A DNA stretch of 64,000 bases. Source: Octopus sinensis (Eukaryota). Below the pieces are notes generated by a model. That model worked only from the letters and a program-made list of their open reading frames with translations, did no database searches and was not told the origin of the DNA. The number at the start of each line of letters is the position of its first letter. The first letter of the stretch is position 1. The DNA lies in the NCBI RefSeq assembly GCF_006345805.1, contig NW_021833266.1, positions 1-64,000 of the forward strand, read 5' to 3'. Below, piece by piece: positions 11,401 to 25,245 of this stretch. A program made the translations under genes and the position numbers.

Positions 11401-13216
11401 ATGTCACTCCGAGTACCCGTCCCTGCAGGAATTGAACGAATGATGAAACAAGGCTCCCAAGTATCAATCCCCCAATAACCCATCCCAGCGTCACACAGGA
11501 CTAGAAGACGGAGTATATCGCAACATTGAAGCATGTATTCAACTTGCAAATTACATAAACACAACTTTCGGCCCAAATGGCAATCCTACTAAATAAAAAT
11601 TCCCAGGAAGAAGTAAAATGGTGATAAACTATCTCGAAAAATTATTTGTGACCTCCGATGCCTCCACAATCGTGAAAGAACTCGACGTCCAACACCCTGC
11701 CTGCAAATTAGTCGTGATGGCCATCCAACACCAAGAACGAGAATGTGGGGACGGGACAACCCAAGTGCTCCTTCTTTGTGTCAATCTTCTCGAAAATGCA
11801 GCCAAACTTTTAAAATCAGTTCGATTTTAGTTTTTTTGACATCCAAAGGGACTTCCTCTTAAAGATGTGATTTCAGGATTTCAAAACGCTTTGGATTTTT
11901 GTTTAAAGACCCTCCCCGGTGTTTTCACGGTGAAATATTTTTTAGAGTTGGTTGTGGACTCCCCGGTGGATCTCAAAGACAAAAATTCCGTGATTAAAGC
12001 CATCCGTACCCCAATATCCTCAAAACAGTGTGGATTGGAGGATTTGATCACAGATTTAGTGGCCGATGCCTGCAGTATTCCAAAAAGTGAATAAAAACGT
12101 AATTTAGTGTCAATTTTGCCACCATCTGGCAAGTTCAGTGTGGACAATGTGAGAGTTTGTCGCATTCTGGGGTCGACGGTGGAATGTTCCCGAATAATGG
12201 AAGGGATGGTGATCGAGACAAAACCCGAGAGTGTGGAGACAAGTGTAGAAGGTGGAAAAATATTGATATATTCGTGTGCATTTGACGTGGCACAGACCGA
12301 GACGAAGGGGACAGTTTTGATCAGGACAGGAGAAGAGTTGGTCAATTTCAGTCGGAGTGAAGAGAGGAGTATTGAGGAGGTGAATGTGGCACTATATTTG
12401 TAGCAAGTAAAGGCAATTGCTGAGACTGGTTGTAACGTGGTTGTGTCTATTGGGAAGGTTGGGGACATGTATCGACATTTTGCGAATAAGCATGGACTCG
12501 TTCTTATTAGATTTACCTCAAAGTTTGACCTCCGTCGACTTTGTTTGCTGACGGGAGCCACTCCTCTCCCAAGATTGGTGGTGCCTGATCAGGGGGAGTT
12601 GGGGAGGTGTGATTCTGTCCATTTTGAGGAGATTGGGAGCACTCATGTTGTCCTTTTCAAGCAGACAAGTTTGGTGTCGACTGTCATCCTGCGTGGTTCA
12701 TCTGACCATATTATGCTGGATGTGGAGAAGGCAGTGGATGATGGGATCAATGCCTTCAAGTCCCTCACGAGGGATAATCGGTTATTGCCCGGGGGAGGGG
12801 CTGTGGAGTTGGAATTGGCCAACAGACTGAATGTTCTGTCGTGTCCTGGTGCATTGGAGCAGTGTTCATTGGCCATGCTTGGAGTGGTGAGACAGATTGG
12901 AGACAACGGGGGACTGAAGGGAACAGTCAATGCATTACTTGGTGAGCATGTGAAGGGGAGTGTGAATGCGGGGTATATTGCGGAGGGGGATAGTCTTCGA
13001 ATGGGGGATGTTGTGGAGGCTGGATTGTTTGATTTGTATAACACTAAGCATTGGGTGATAAAGAATGCATTTAATACTGCTATTACTATTTTGAGGATTG
13101 ATGAGGTGAGGGGTGTTTTGTATTTGTAGGTCATCATGTCTAAGCCAGCTGGAGGACCCCGACCGAGGGAGACGGGGACTAATGCAGTGAGAGATACTGG
13201 ACCGGAAGAAGACTAG
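11401..13216 (+). CDS. CCT8: T-complex protein 1 subunit theta, 8 exons
   Basis: FGPNGRSKMVINYLEKLFVTSDA, ECGDGT, SKFDLRRLC, MSKPAGGP; introns 11461-11488, 11580-11606 (GC-AG), 11819-11848, 11919-11945, 12075-12107, 12380-12403, 13106-13129. Confidence 0.95.
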
Positions 13217-13909
13217 ATTAGTCCATTTACATTCTTTTGATTCCTTTAATGCTTTTTGGTTATATTCTTGTCTTAAACTTATGATTATGTTTGTGATAAA
13301 CTAAAGTTCATCATTTGTCCTTTAAAAACAGTTAATTATTTTTTATCAGTTTCAAATGAATAATAAAATATAGTATAATGTTAATTATCATATTTATGAT
13401 ATTTCAAAAGTGCTAGTTCAAGAGCCAGAGAAGACTCTTGGGTGATATTAAAGGGCCGCCATTAATTAGTTAAAGAAACTGTGTTTTAGCATGTTTTTTG
13501 TGCCAATGGTGTATTTATAAGTTCATATTTGTCAATTGATGAACGCATGATATTTGCTAAATTTAAATACTGTCGATATTAATCGAATTTTATGTTTATT
13601 TAATATTTATCACATCCCTAAAAGAGGATTAATTTCATAAGGTTTTAAACAAATCTTTCCTAAGTTTTTTCCAATATTTTAAAATTTCTTTACGCTGCTA
13701 ATAATTAACTTGTAGTTATTATCAAATAGTTTTTTTTGGAAAAAAAAAATAGTAAAAATTTTTGTCATAAACTTTAGGACTGATAAATAATTGAATTTTT
13801 GATTGAATAAAACAATAATTAAAAATTATATTAAATTAAAAATATTTTAAACTTTAAAAATAAAAATAAATACAATAATTACAGCGTAACTGTCGCGTTA
13901 TTCGTTGTC

Positions 13910-16900
13910 ATGAATTCAAATGAAGAATGTTGGGACAGATCGACCGTTCTCGATCCTACATGGGAAAGACAACAAAAACGTGTATAAAATCTAAAATCCT
14001 TATCATTCAAAAATAATGCTCTTATTTATACCTAAAATCCACTTATTAATAACTCATTTAATCCATTCTAATATTTTAATCATCATATTTAATTACTTAT
14101 ATTATCCCCTGAACTATTAAATTACCCATATTAAATTATGACGTTATTATTAAATTCCTATTTAATTTGCGGTCAAATTCCTTAAGATAAAATTCTTTTT
14201 TGATTATAACATGGACAAAAATTTCAGTACATAAATTATTTTTATACAAAAATAACTTTGCTGATACATATTTTATTTTAATAGGCCTTCACTCAATGGT
14301 GTAACTCACATTTGAAAAAACTTAATTTAAAAGTCGAATGTTTCGACACTGATTTTATGGACGGACGTCTTTTGATTAAATTACTCGAAGTGATCTCCAA
14401 CGAGGGACTCCCAAAGCCGGAGACTCGCGGAATGAGATTTCACAAAATTGCTAATGTCAATATGGCACTCGAATTTATTGAGAGTAAAGGAGTTCAAATT
14501 GGTCTCCATTGGGGCGGAAGGTGTTTTCTGACATTTAAAATAGAAATTGTGGACGGAAATTTGAAAATGACTCTTGGAATGATTTGGACGATAATTCTCC
14601 GTTTTGCAATACAAAATATTCAAGTAGAAGGTATTTTCTATACAACCAAACCACAGAGAGTTCTGCCAAAGAGGGACTCTTGTTGTGGTGCCAACGTAAA
14701 ACCGCGGGGTACCGAGGAGTGGACGTCAAAAATTTCCATTCGAGTTTTAATAACGGAATGGCTTTTGGGGCTTTGATTCATCGCCACAGACCAGATTTGA
14801 TTGATATTAACAGCTTTGACGTAATCCGACTGTATTACACGATTGTAGTGTTCTACTCCTCGCAAGAATCTAAATAATGCATTTTCCACAGCAGAAAAAC
14901 ACTTGGATATTCCCCGAATGTTGGACACTGATGGTTTGAGTATTATTACGTAATCCTGAGACCTTTTACAACCGGGGGGTGCGGATGAGCATTCAGTCAT
15001 GGCTTATGTCTCTTCTTTCTACCATCGTTTTACATCCGATCAGAAAGTTGGTTATTATTGACATTGAACTAAGGCTACGAAAGCAGCGGAGAGTGTCAGT
15101 TTGGCATTAAAGGTGAATCAAGAAAGTGAATCAATGATGGGAGACTATGAACGACTGAGTAGTCGGGTAGTCCGTTCATGGCAGTGACATTCAGTTACTT
15201 GATTGGATTCGGCAGACTATAAATTGGTTGAATAGTCGTCCTGATGAGAACTCGGTCGACAAGGCTCTCCAAATTTTAAATTCATATCAAAAATATGGAC
15301 TGACAGAAAAGCCGTCCTACTATGCTGAGAAAATAGAATTAGAGACGGTTTACAACACACTCCAAACCAGATTAAAATTGGCGGGAAGGCCATGTTTTCT
15401 GCCAACTCAGGGGAAGCTCATTTCGGTAGTTGAGGTTGTGTTTATTTAAGGATATTGAACGAGAGTGGGGCAAGCTGGATGTGGCAGAACTGGGATTTGA
15501 GGATTGGATATTCCAGTTGATAGAAAGGTGTAAGTTCAGTCGACATGTTTAGATTGCGATTTCTGTCTCATTTGGTGAATAAATTTTACAAGCGTTGTGT
15601 GGCATACGAAGTGTGGCTTACTGATAAAATGACAGAAATGCCTAAAATCAAGCCACGGAGTATCACCGTGGGGAATATAAAGGTATTCTGTCCCGTTAGG
15701 TCTTTCAGCCAATGCTCAATATGGCAAAGGCAGTGAACGAAGCACTCAGAAGGGAGGACCAGGGGAGTGACCCTCTCAGAGAAATTTCCGAAATTGCAGC
15801 CTTTCTTAGGTTTTTCTACTCTTTTAATGGCCAATAGGGAACAAGGGTATTACGACATTGCGAATATTGACAAGACTGAGAATAAGTTGATAGAACAGCA
15901 CTCCCTTTTATATAAGACTAGTCAGACTGTGATTAGTCGACTTGAGGTATGGATATTGGCTCTAAATTAGAATTCTCAAACTATTTTGGAAAAGGCCGAC
16001 GTACTGCTCATGGAATATGCCAAGCGAGTAACGGTTAGTATGTTTATATATATCAATTATAGGCCTTCAAAAAGTGGTTGGATTCTGTAAATGAGGACAT
16101 GGAGGACACCCACATAGTCAATAACGAGGACGAGGCACTGCAATTGCAGACATCCCATCGAGAATTCGAACAAAGTCTCCCATCTGCCAAAGCTCGATTG
16201 GATCAAATTCAGTCACTTGTTACAGAAATAAGCAATTTAAGCCAAGAATCGACCATTTCTCCTCTGACGGAGACAGTCTACACAGTCGTCAGTATTAAAG
16301 TTGTGTTTATTCAGTAATTTCCGTAGTCCGTTGTGGCCGCCTTCGACAAAATGAACAAACTGCGAGAGGAAAGATCAAAAGAACTCGAAAGGGAGGTTCA
16401 AAGTCAGAGATATGTATTTCCTCATAATTGAATCACAAAGATCAAAGAGATCAAAGAAGACTTCCGCAACTCCTCAAAAGCAACAAATGAGTGGATTATA
16501 AGGATGGCAGGCGAGGTGAAGAAGGTCGAGCAAATTGGATCGAGTGACCTCCAGCCTGAGTTGGACTACCTGATTCAATGTGAGCAAAAAGTAGCCGAAT
16601 TTGAGCCCCAGTTGAGTATTCCAGAAAGGCATTATCAAGTATAAAGAACTGTGTTTACTCAAACATAGAAAATTGTGGATGTGAATGTGTTTGACACACG
16701 AAATTTGGGTTATAGTATTCAAAAGTTAAAAATGGACTACGAAAAACTCCGGTCGTACATTTCAGCCCAGTACAGGGAAATAGAGAAGGAGAGATTAGCC
16801 AGAGTGGCTTCGACCGGAGTGTCTCAAGAGGAGATTGAATATTTCCAAGCCTCATTTGCCCATTTTGATGCCAACAACGATCACAAACTCAACTTTGAGG

Positions 16901-17322
16901 AGTTTCGCAGCTGTCTTATTTCAGTGGGATATGACCCTGCTACTGTGGAGAATGTATATTGGTATTGTAGAGTGTAGGACACTGCTTTCGCTGATTTAAT
17001 GAAGAGGTTGGACAAGGATAGGATGGGGTATATCACATTCAGTACATATCTCGAGTTCATGAAGGATATTAACGAGTCGAGGGAGACTGTGGAAAATCTC
17101 TGCAATTCGTTTCGTGTGTTGGCCAATGGGAAAGTAGGCCTTTGGTGGGATTATTCATAGCCTTACATAACTGAGAAACTACTGAGGGATAATTTGGAAA
17201 GAGAACAGGCTGATTATTGCATTAGAAATATGTCTCCTTACAGTGAGCCCACTGATGAACCAAACCCCTTGGATTATGTCTCTTTTGTATTTTCGCTCTT
17301 TGGAGGATCCAGTGACTTGTGA
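13910..17322 (+). CDS. ACTN: Alpha-actinin (2 CH domains, spectrin repeats, EF hands), ~19 exons
   Basis: [69 protein letters not shown]; 303-nt first intron then 23-30-nt introns; one apparent +1 indel near 14493. Confidence 0.93.
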
Positions 17323-17732
17323 TAATTCTTATGAACGCAAAAACTTATCGCCTATATTAATTGTTGTCTACTAATTTACTGTCGGATTATATTTAGATAA
17401 ATTTGTTTCTAGTTTTTTGGTGATTTTTAGTGTCAATTTTGTATTGCGTAATATACTTTGTGTTTGCACTTGATATTTTTGTCACATGCAAACGTAATAT
17501 AATTTATAGATACTTGGAATTTTTATTTTAAAGATGAATATGATAAAGAAATTTTGGGGATATTTTTTGATTTTCATAAAATTTAATCAGTTCAGGTTCA
17601 ATCAAAACAATTTTTTATTGCAAAAAATATTTTAGCAAATAATCAACAAATCATTGTCGTATCATAATTAATTGTGACAAGCGATCTATATATAACAGGA
17701 TTATTCGATATAGATATTATTACAACTGATTT

Positions 17733-19872
17733 ATGCTTCCTAAATCTGACACGGCTGCAAGTAAACAAACCTTTGGTGAGAAATACCGACCAAAGTCTCA
17801 AAATCGTACAACTCGTCTTCTGAACCCGGCTAGTTCTTTCAGCATGAAACATGGCCCAGAAAACCGTTTGAACGTTAAGAGTATTGAATATGGATTTGGA
17901 GTATCTCAAAGACCTTCGCAAATTCAAATTCTGAAGTTGAATTGTTTAAAAATTCGAGAATTCAAGAAAAAACTGAAATGAAAGAACTCAACAGCCGTCT
18001 TGCCCATTACATCGAAACATCGAGATATAATGAATCTGAAAATAAACGACTAATGCAGGAACTTCAAAGAATCAAGGAAATAGTCGGCAAGGAGAACGAC
18101 TCTATCAAAAATATGTACGAAACTGAACTAAGGCAACTGAGGACTTTGCTCGACAATTCCGAACAAGAAAAAATGAAGCACATATTAACAACCCAGACCG
18201 AAAAAGATTCCTTCAACGAACTTTTGGAAATGTTGGTTTTTTATTTGTATTAAGAATTGTTTTGTCACTCGCTTATCAATATTAACTTTTTTGGAAACAT
18301 TTAGGACTAACAATCACGCATTTGATAACATCCACACTAATGGCACTTTATTGACGTAAAAGATATATTTAGACTTTATTACGATATTTTATTTGCTTTA
18401 ATTAATTTAAAGGTTAAAAGAATTTGAAGAGTTGGAACGAGAGCTAAAAGAAAAAATTGAAAGCAAAGAAAATGACCTTTTAAAATGCGAAAGCGAAGTT
18501 TCGATGCTTAAAAGACAAAATTCCAAACTTTTAAGTGAAAGACAACGCGAAAAAAACAAAATTGAAAAAGTCAGAGCAGATCTGGCTCGTGTAAAAGCCG
18601 TAAATAGAATTCTAAATTAACCTTAGGACCTTGCAAATGAAACGTTGACTCGAATCGACATTCAAAACAGATTTCAGTCGCTTTGTGAAGAACTAGAATT
18701 CATTAAAGATATTCACAAAAAAGTACATTCTACCTCAAACTACATATCTGTAGGAAATCAAAGACCTTAGTGACGTAGCAAAAAACAGCCCAATTGGTCA
18801 GTGCCGTGAGTGGTGGGCTAATGAGTTCTCCAACTGCATAGCCGAAATTCAGTCCGAGTATGATGAAAGACTGAGTTCAATTCAGAATGAAATGGAGTCA
18901 TTTTATACTTGCAAAGTGATTTTTATTCGAATTTCAATCTTAAGATTCAAGATGTTCAATATGGACAAAATAAAAATATTGTAGAAACCGGTCACATAAG
19001 AGATCAGATCTCATCAATAAAATTTGTAAATTCTGATTTGAAGACAAAAAACAGTCTAATAGAACAAGAAGTTGAGTCTAACATTTGTCGTTATTTATTT
19101 TAGAAAGCAATTCTCAATGCTCAAAACAATAATCTAAAACGAGAACTAAGTGAACTGCATTTAGAGTTTGACAAAATGATAATCGAAAAAAATACGGAAA
19201 CTGAGGAAATTAGAAATGTTATGGAAAAAACTCTTTTGAACTACAGACAATAACCGACCACAACATGTCACTTAAAATGGAAATCCTGGCATACAGAAAA
19301 CTGATTGAATGTGAAGAAAAACGGTAAATTTATTATTTAAACTATAAAACAGTAATGATGGAAATAAACAATCAACTCTTTCATTGCCTCGACAAGACTC
19401 GAGAATGAGTTATAAACTAAAATAATATTTTTGTAGAACATTCTTCTCCTGTGAAGCGTTCAACCTACCAAAAAAGCACCAAAGGTCCCATAACAATAAA
19501 TTCTTGTGATGTCGACGGAAAATACATTTCAATCGAAAACTTAAATCCAATGAAGGTATATTTAGTTATTTTATTTAAGGACGAAAAATTTGGTGGATGG
19601 AAGATAATTCAGACAGTCGACGACCATGAGGTGCATAGTTATACTTTTGGTGACTACACTCTCAAAGCGGGGTCAAAAATGAAAATTGTCTGTGAGGGGA
19701 CCAATCCAGAAAGTAGTACCGATCTCGTTTGGCATCATAAGAGTAAATTGGCCATCGGAGATTGTGTAGTCACGTCGCTTGTAAATGACAAAGAAGAGGT
19801 TGAGTTAATTCTTTATGTATTGAGTAGGAGAAAGCTGTTTACACGCTCAAGACTATTCATAGTTCTGATTAA
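17733..19872 (+). CDS. Cytoplasmic intermediate filament protein of protostome type (lamin-tail domain, no CaaX)
   Basis: EKTEMKELNSRLAHYIE coil 1A, LKMEILAYRKLIECEE coil end, TYQKSTKGPITI..DGKYI tail domain, ends KTIHSSD*; indels near 17905 and 19240. Confidence 0.88.
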
Positions 19873-19984
19873 CAATAATATCAAAATGTAATATTAGTTG
19901 ATAATTAACTAATTAATAATATCAATTTAATATAAAATTTTTTAATTTACAAAATAATATATTTCTATTTAACGTGCATAATAA

Positions 19985-20918
19985 ATGTCTTCTTGTGACG
20001 TTACGAGATTCTCAGAAATTATACTTGACACAACCAGACCAATTTCCGAAAGATTTTCAACTCTGCTTAAACTAGGAACTATTCCAGGAGAACAAAAAAT
20101 CGAAGCAATATCAAAATTATTTTCTGATAAGTCAATTCTTCTAAAACACGAATGTGCCTATGTTTTGGGACAAACACAAAATCCAACCGCCATACCAGTT
20201 CTCATCAAAAACCTAAAAGATGAGGACCAAGATGTGATAACAAGACACGAATGTGGTTTTCTCTCTTCAAAATAATTCCAAGGAGAGGCATTAGGGGCCA
20301 TCGGATTATCAACCCCCGAAGTTATTTGTGCCCTTGAAATATACTCGAAATCAGATTTGATTGAAGTTTTATATTTAATGGACTGTAGTTGGCAGAAACG
20401 TGTCAATTGGCTCTTGAAAGATTGAATTTTGTGAAAAGTGGAGGATCAAAGGGACCTTCCGATTCATATTATTTGTCAATAGACCCGGCATATCCCTTTG
20501 ATGATGGACAATATTCACTGGGAGAACTCGGAGACATTCTTTTGGATGACAAGGAGGATCTCTATCGAAGATATCGTGCGATGTTTTCGTTGAGAAATAT
20601 AAATTCTGACGAGTCGGTAAAAATATTAAATTTGGGTTATTTTTTGTGAATTTACAAAAAGGTTTAAAATGTGGTTCTTCTCTTTTTCGTCATGAAATTG
20701 CGTATGTTTTGGGACAGCTTCAAAATGAATTGTCTATTGATGCTTTGAAGGAGAGCTGTGAATGTGAGTTGGAGGCTCCGATGGTTCGGCATGAAGCAGT
20801 TGAGGCATTGAGTTCGATTGGTCTCCCACGGGCTATGGATGTTCTACGGGGTATTCTAAAGTCTGATACTACTGAATCTGTTGTTATTGACAGTTGTCTT
20901 GTGGGATGTTCTTTGTGA
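19985..20918 (+). CDS. DOHH: Deoxyhypusine hydroxylase, 4 exons
   Basis: Four HE motifs (KHECAYVLGQ, RHECGEALG, RHEIAYVLGQ, RHEAVEALS) plus SIDPA and RYRAMFSLRN. Confidence 0.93.
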
Positions 20919-21276
20919 TTTCTCCTTATATTGTTGACAATAATAATTGTTTGCTTTATTTAAATGGAAAATAATGAATTCACTCGGAGTTGTTTAGCTC
21001 ATATTTTATGTTTGGAAAAATCTGAATTTGTTTAATTAATAATAAGGATTCTGAGAGGCAACGTCTTCTCGACCATAAGTAGTTTTAGATTAAAACTAAC
21101 GTAAAAAAATTCTGACATTAAAAAACAATTGCATAATCAGTATTGTTAAATGGATAAAAATTTGGCATTTGAATAGAAATTAATTAAATTAATAATTCTG
21201 TTTTGTTTTTTATTTTCGATAGAATTATAAATAAGTATAATTTAAAAATCCTAGAAAAAAAACAGACCTTATAACG

Positions 21277-21350
21277 GCCCCGGTAGCTCAGTTGGTTAGA
21301 GCGTCGTGCTAATAACGCGAAGGTCTAGGGTTCGAGTCCCTGTCGGGGCA
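21277..21350 (+). tRNA. tRNA-Ile (AAT)
   Basis: Cloverleaf GCCCCGG/TCGGGGC, D arm GCTC/GAGC, anticodon loop CT-AAT-AA, T loop TTCGAGT; T6 Pol III terminator follows. Confidence 0.96.
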
Positions 21351-22519
21351 GTTTTTTGTACTTTAAATAATTTTATTTTTCTACATTTTTAGTCAAATAA
21401 CCAATATGATTTTTTCAATTTTTTGAATATGTTCTAGCATCTGCTTTGTTTTAGATTGTAATAAACGTTATTTTTGAGAAAGTTTAATCCAGCACTTCTC
21501 ACTTAGTAAGAACTTTTTTCTTAGCGACGAGATACTTTCCAATAAGATCAGTTGTTTTCATATAAACCTCAATGAATTAATTTTCTTAAATAACTCATTT
21601 TGCAACCAGTTTGTCCTATCTCATTGTATATGGAATTACAAGAGGTTTATGATGCCCAAGAAACTAATAATCCACTCATTCCTATCTGTTGTTGAGAATG
21701 GTTTGAGAAAAAAGCAATCAATGCAATATTCGCTTTGCCGTACTTAAAAAGAAATTGGAAAGCACGCATGTTAAAAAACGCTGACATCAGAGCCCAACTA
21801 CAAGATACCTCCTAATTTGAATTGCAGATAGATAACCATAAACAATTATCCATTATATCTACTCTTGCTATTTCTAGAGAAAAATGTGGTTCAGAAAAGC
21901 ACAAATGAATGAATTTTTTTTTCAAAGTTTTTTTGAAAATAAAAGAAAAATGTTTCCATTATAAATTTTTATCTCAAATGTCTGAAATAATTTGACATTG
22001 AGAGCACTAATTAATTTTTGATTTTTTGTACTCTGATTTTTGAAACTATATGGGCACAAAGTGTCACACTTTTCGTCAGTGAATTTTTTCGTTTCATATC
22101 AGTTTGGACCTGATATAGTTTGATTTTAGCGAGTTTTCTCTTCATTGACTCTTCTCAGTTACTTTTAAGTCAAGTCTTGTTGATAAAGCCTTTATATGCG
22201 CATTTTCCAGCATAGATGATATTTAAATTTAACAGAGTAGGTATCACAATGAATTTGGATGCTTACATTTAATAATTTAAAATAATGGAAATAATAAACT
22301 GACAATTCTTTTTTGATATGACTTTAATCACATTCGAACAAAACATTCCAATAAGATGGGAAAATCAATTTACTATTTTGTAAAACTGAAGGGAAATTAC
22401 GATAATGAAACAAATTTGAAGCATAATTTTATTAAGGAAGCATTTAAATCAAAAAATTTTTATTTTTCACATATAATTTATAAAGAGATTGGTCTTTTCA
22501 TATCAAATAGCAGAATTGC

Positions 22520-22990
22520 TTCGTCACGGGGCACTCAACGACGTCATCTCGAGAGCACTCAATGCTGCCGGTTTCCCGAATGTACTTAAACCAGTCGGTT
22601 TGGACAGAGGGGACGGCAAGCGCTTCGATGGATGACAACCTTCCTATTTCGAAATGGCAAATGCCTGATCTGGGACGCTACGTGCACAGACGCTTGGTCC
22701 CCATCGGCAAAACTCTCATCAGCATCATCTCCTGGATCGGCCGCGGCTTTGGCGGAAGACCACATGTCGAGAAGTACAGACAACCCGCCGCACAACATTC
22801 CTTTGTCCCTTTGGCTTTCGAGACCTTCGGACCGCAAACAGCCAAGTTATTGAAGGACGTCGAACTCCTTATCGCGAATTCCTGGACGTAAATCCCCCTG
22901 ACTGAGACAAAGGATTTTGGCTACGCGAAAGCTATCCGTTTGACCGGGACATAACCGTTCTCTGGCAATGCTCGTAGATCGAGTTCTTCT
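22520..22990 (+). mobile_element. CRE-like non-LTR retrotransposon RLE domain remnant
   Basis: GKCLIWDATCTD, SAAALAEDH, KYRQ, FVPLAFETFGP across frameshifts. Confidence 0.75.
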
Positions 22991-24149
22991 TTCCTTGCGG
23001 ACTTTTTTATTTTCACTTTTAAAATGATTACATTTGGCTGTAATAGCAGAGTTAACTACCCAACATGGGTATCTCCACACACTTGGTGAAAATATTGTTA
23101 TTTCTTCTTTTAAAATTTCGTTAAAAATGTGCAAAAATCGTTCAAAGATAATAAAAACACCACTCTCAGTAATAATACAGTTCGTTCGAAAAATTGACGA
23201 AATTTCTATTCAAATTGAGGACATATTGTGTGATAAATTGAGAAGAATTAAATTTTTTGAAAATGCTGCTTTTTCTCAAAACATTTATTTATGTTGAAAT
23301 CAGAAATAAATTCCCATTTTCATAATTTAATAAATATTCAAATTCCACGATGAATCTATACTATTCGAATCCATAATGTACTGATCTGGAATCTAAAATC
23401 AAATATTTCGACACATATTTGTGTTCAGAACTAATTGCGATAATGGACAACATCGAGAGTGATATATCCAGAGTTATCCTTGATTTCGAATTCCTAAATT
23501 ATAATTCGTGGACCAGAATAAAAACTGCCCGTGATCTCCACTTAATTCATCGATTTTTACAATAAAAACATTAAATTGATTTGTAATTGATTTGTAAGGA
23601 TTTGTAATAAAGAAGGAATTGAAACCAATGGTTCATCGCTTTTGGAGCACAAATGATCGGATTTGTGTTCTTCAGATCAACATGAATAAGCTTTTCCCAT
23701 CTAAAAGCTTACTATCCATTATAAACGTATACGCACCCCACAGTAGATGAATTGAAAAAGACCCCACTGAGATAGACTTGTTCTACTCTTGCCTCTCTGA
23801 AGCTTATTCTGAACTTGTTCGCCAAAGTGGGATTACAAAGAAACCCGGATGAAACCTTCATGGGAAAACACAAATATGAATCAACCCCGTCAATTGAATT
23901 AACGTTGCGCGTTGTTATTCTTATTGTTCTCTAATCTTTTATTTCTTTCTCTAATTTCCTTTCATATTAATTCTAATTCTCTTTCATATCAATTCTTATT
24001 CGTAGGTGTTATTTTATTTTATCAAGTCAATTGTATTTTATCAAGTCTCTATCATCCCCTTATTTTTTTTTCCCAGTAATCCTTTCTCAATCCATTATCT
24101 GTTTCGATGTTGTATTCTTTTATGCATTTTCCTAATCCTATTCCCAATC

Positions 24150-24880
24150 CTGTTTCTCTCTGCATCATCTGCAACATGATTAACAAAAGGAAGAGAGGCC
24201 GATCTTGCTCCTCTTGTACGCAGTTCTTTTATCTTTCATACGTTTCTCTAACTCGCCGAACGTCAGAACGCCTTCCAACCTGGGTCTGTCGCGCCTGCCT
24301 TTCTGACGCCTCATCATTGCCATCCCCTCTTGCGATTTCTGGGTCTTGCCATTCTCCTAATTCCTTCCCTTTTCCCGATTCCATACCCAGCACATTGAAA
24401 AAAAACTAAAAAGTCTGCAGATTGAGTGTCTTTTATCAGCTATTAAAAAGAAAACTCTCCATTCAAAATGATAATGAGACTTTCGATATAGAGACATCCT
24501 CAAAATGGATTGTTCTTTCTTCTGCAGGACAGGAATATTTTCTTCCGCGAGCTGGGTTCGAAATGCCGACATTGCAAAACTTCTAAAAGGACAGTCGACC
24601 AGGCGATATAACGAAATTGTTAAATACATACACATGCATCTATGCAGAAAAGTTGGATTCAAAAAATCAAAAAGGTTAAAGACTCACTCTATCCAAAGCG
24701 TAATTACCAACGATCGTGATGAAATACGAGATGACACTACTATCCCTATCGAATCAAAAATTCAATATAACAAGCCGGAAATTTTCCTATACAACAAAAA
24801 ATTAAACCAGATATGGCTAATAGAGATTGGAGTGACGTGTGTGGATAATTCAAAAGCAGTTGAAATCATAGACTTATAAA
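24150..24880 (+). mobile_element. Adjacent retroelement remnants: PHD finger (24150-24310) and R4-like RLE fragment (24380-24880)
   Basis: CIIC...CSSC...WVCRAC; RYNEIVKYIH...KPEIFLYNK..WLIEIG, homologous to the 35120 ORF C-terminus. Confidence 0.65.
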
Positions 24881-25245
24881 GAAGATGGAGAATTACACCA
24901 TTATCAATGACAAGTACTGTAAATTTGCAATAAATTTACAGACTTTATCTTAAATCTAGTGATCCCAAGTTAGTCATATCCCTCGATAATGAAACCGAAA
25001 TGGAGCTTGTGGCAAAATCATTACATGAGTTTTCACATGGAGGAGTAAATAAAATTGAATATGAATGTCGACAAAGATATTTTACTGTCAAGAATGACAT
25101 TATCAGAAAAGTCAGTCGAAATTGTGAAGTTTGCAAATTTTGACGTCCTTTAAAAGTTCAAGATTTTTTGTAATTGTAGATTGGAGATATAAATCACCAT
25201 GTGTTTGCTTCTTGTCCAAATGAATGTTTTCAAATAGACATAATA

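Noticed and set aside
11881-13137. Long antisense ORFs over CCT8 (and 49288-49806 over DCAF13)
   Set aside because: Shadow frames of real genes, favoured by the skewed composition; no motifs.
17733-19872. Nuclear lamin
   Set aside because: No C-terminal CaaX and no clear NLS before the tail domain.
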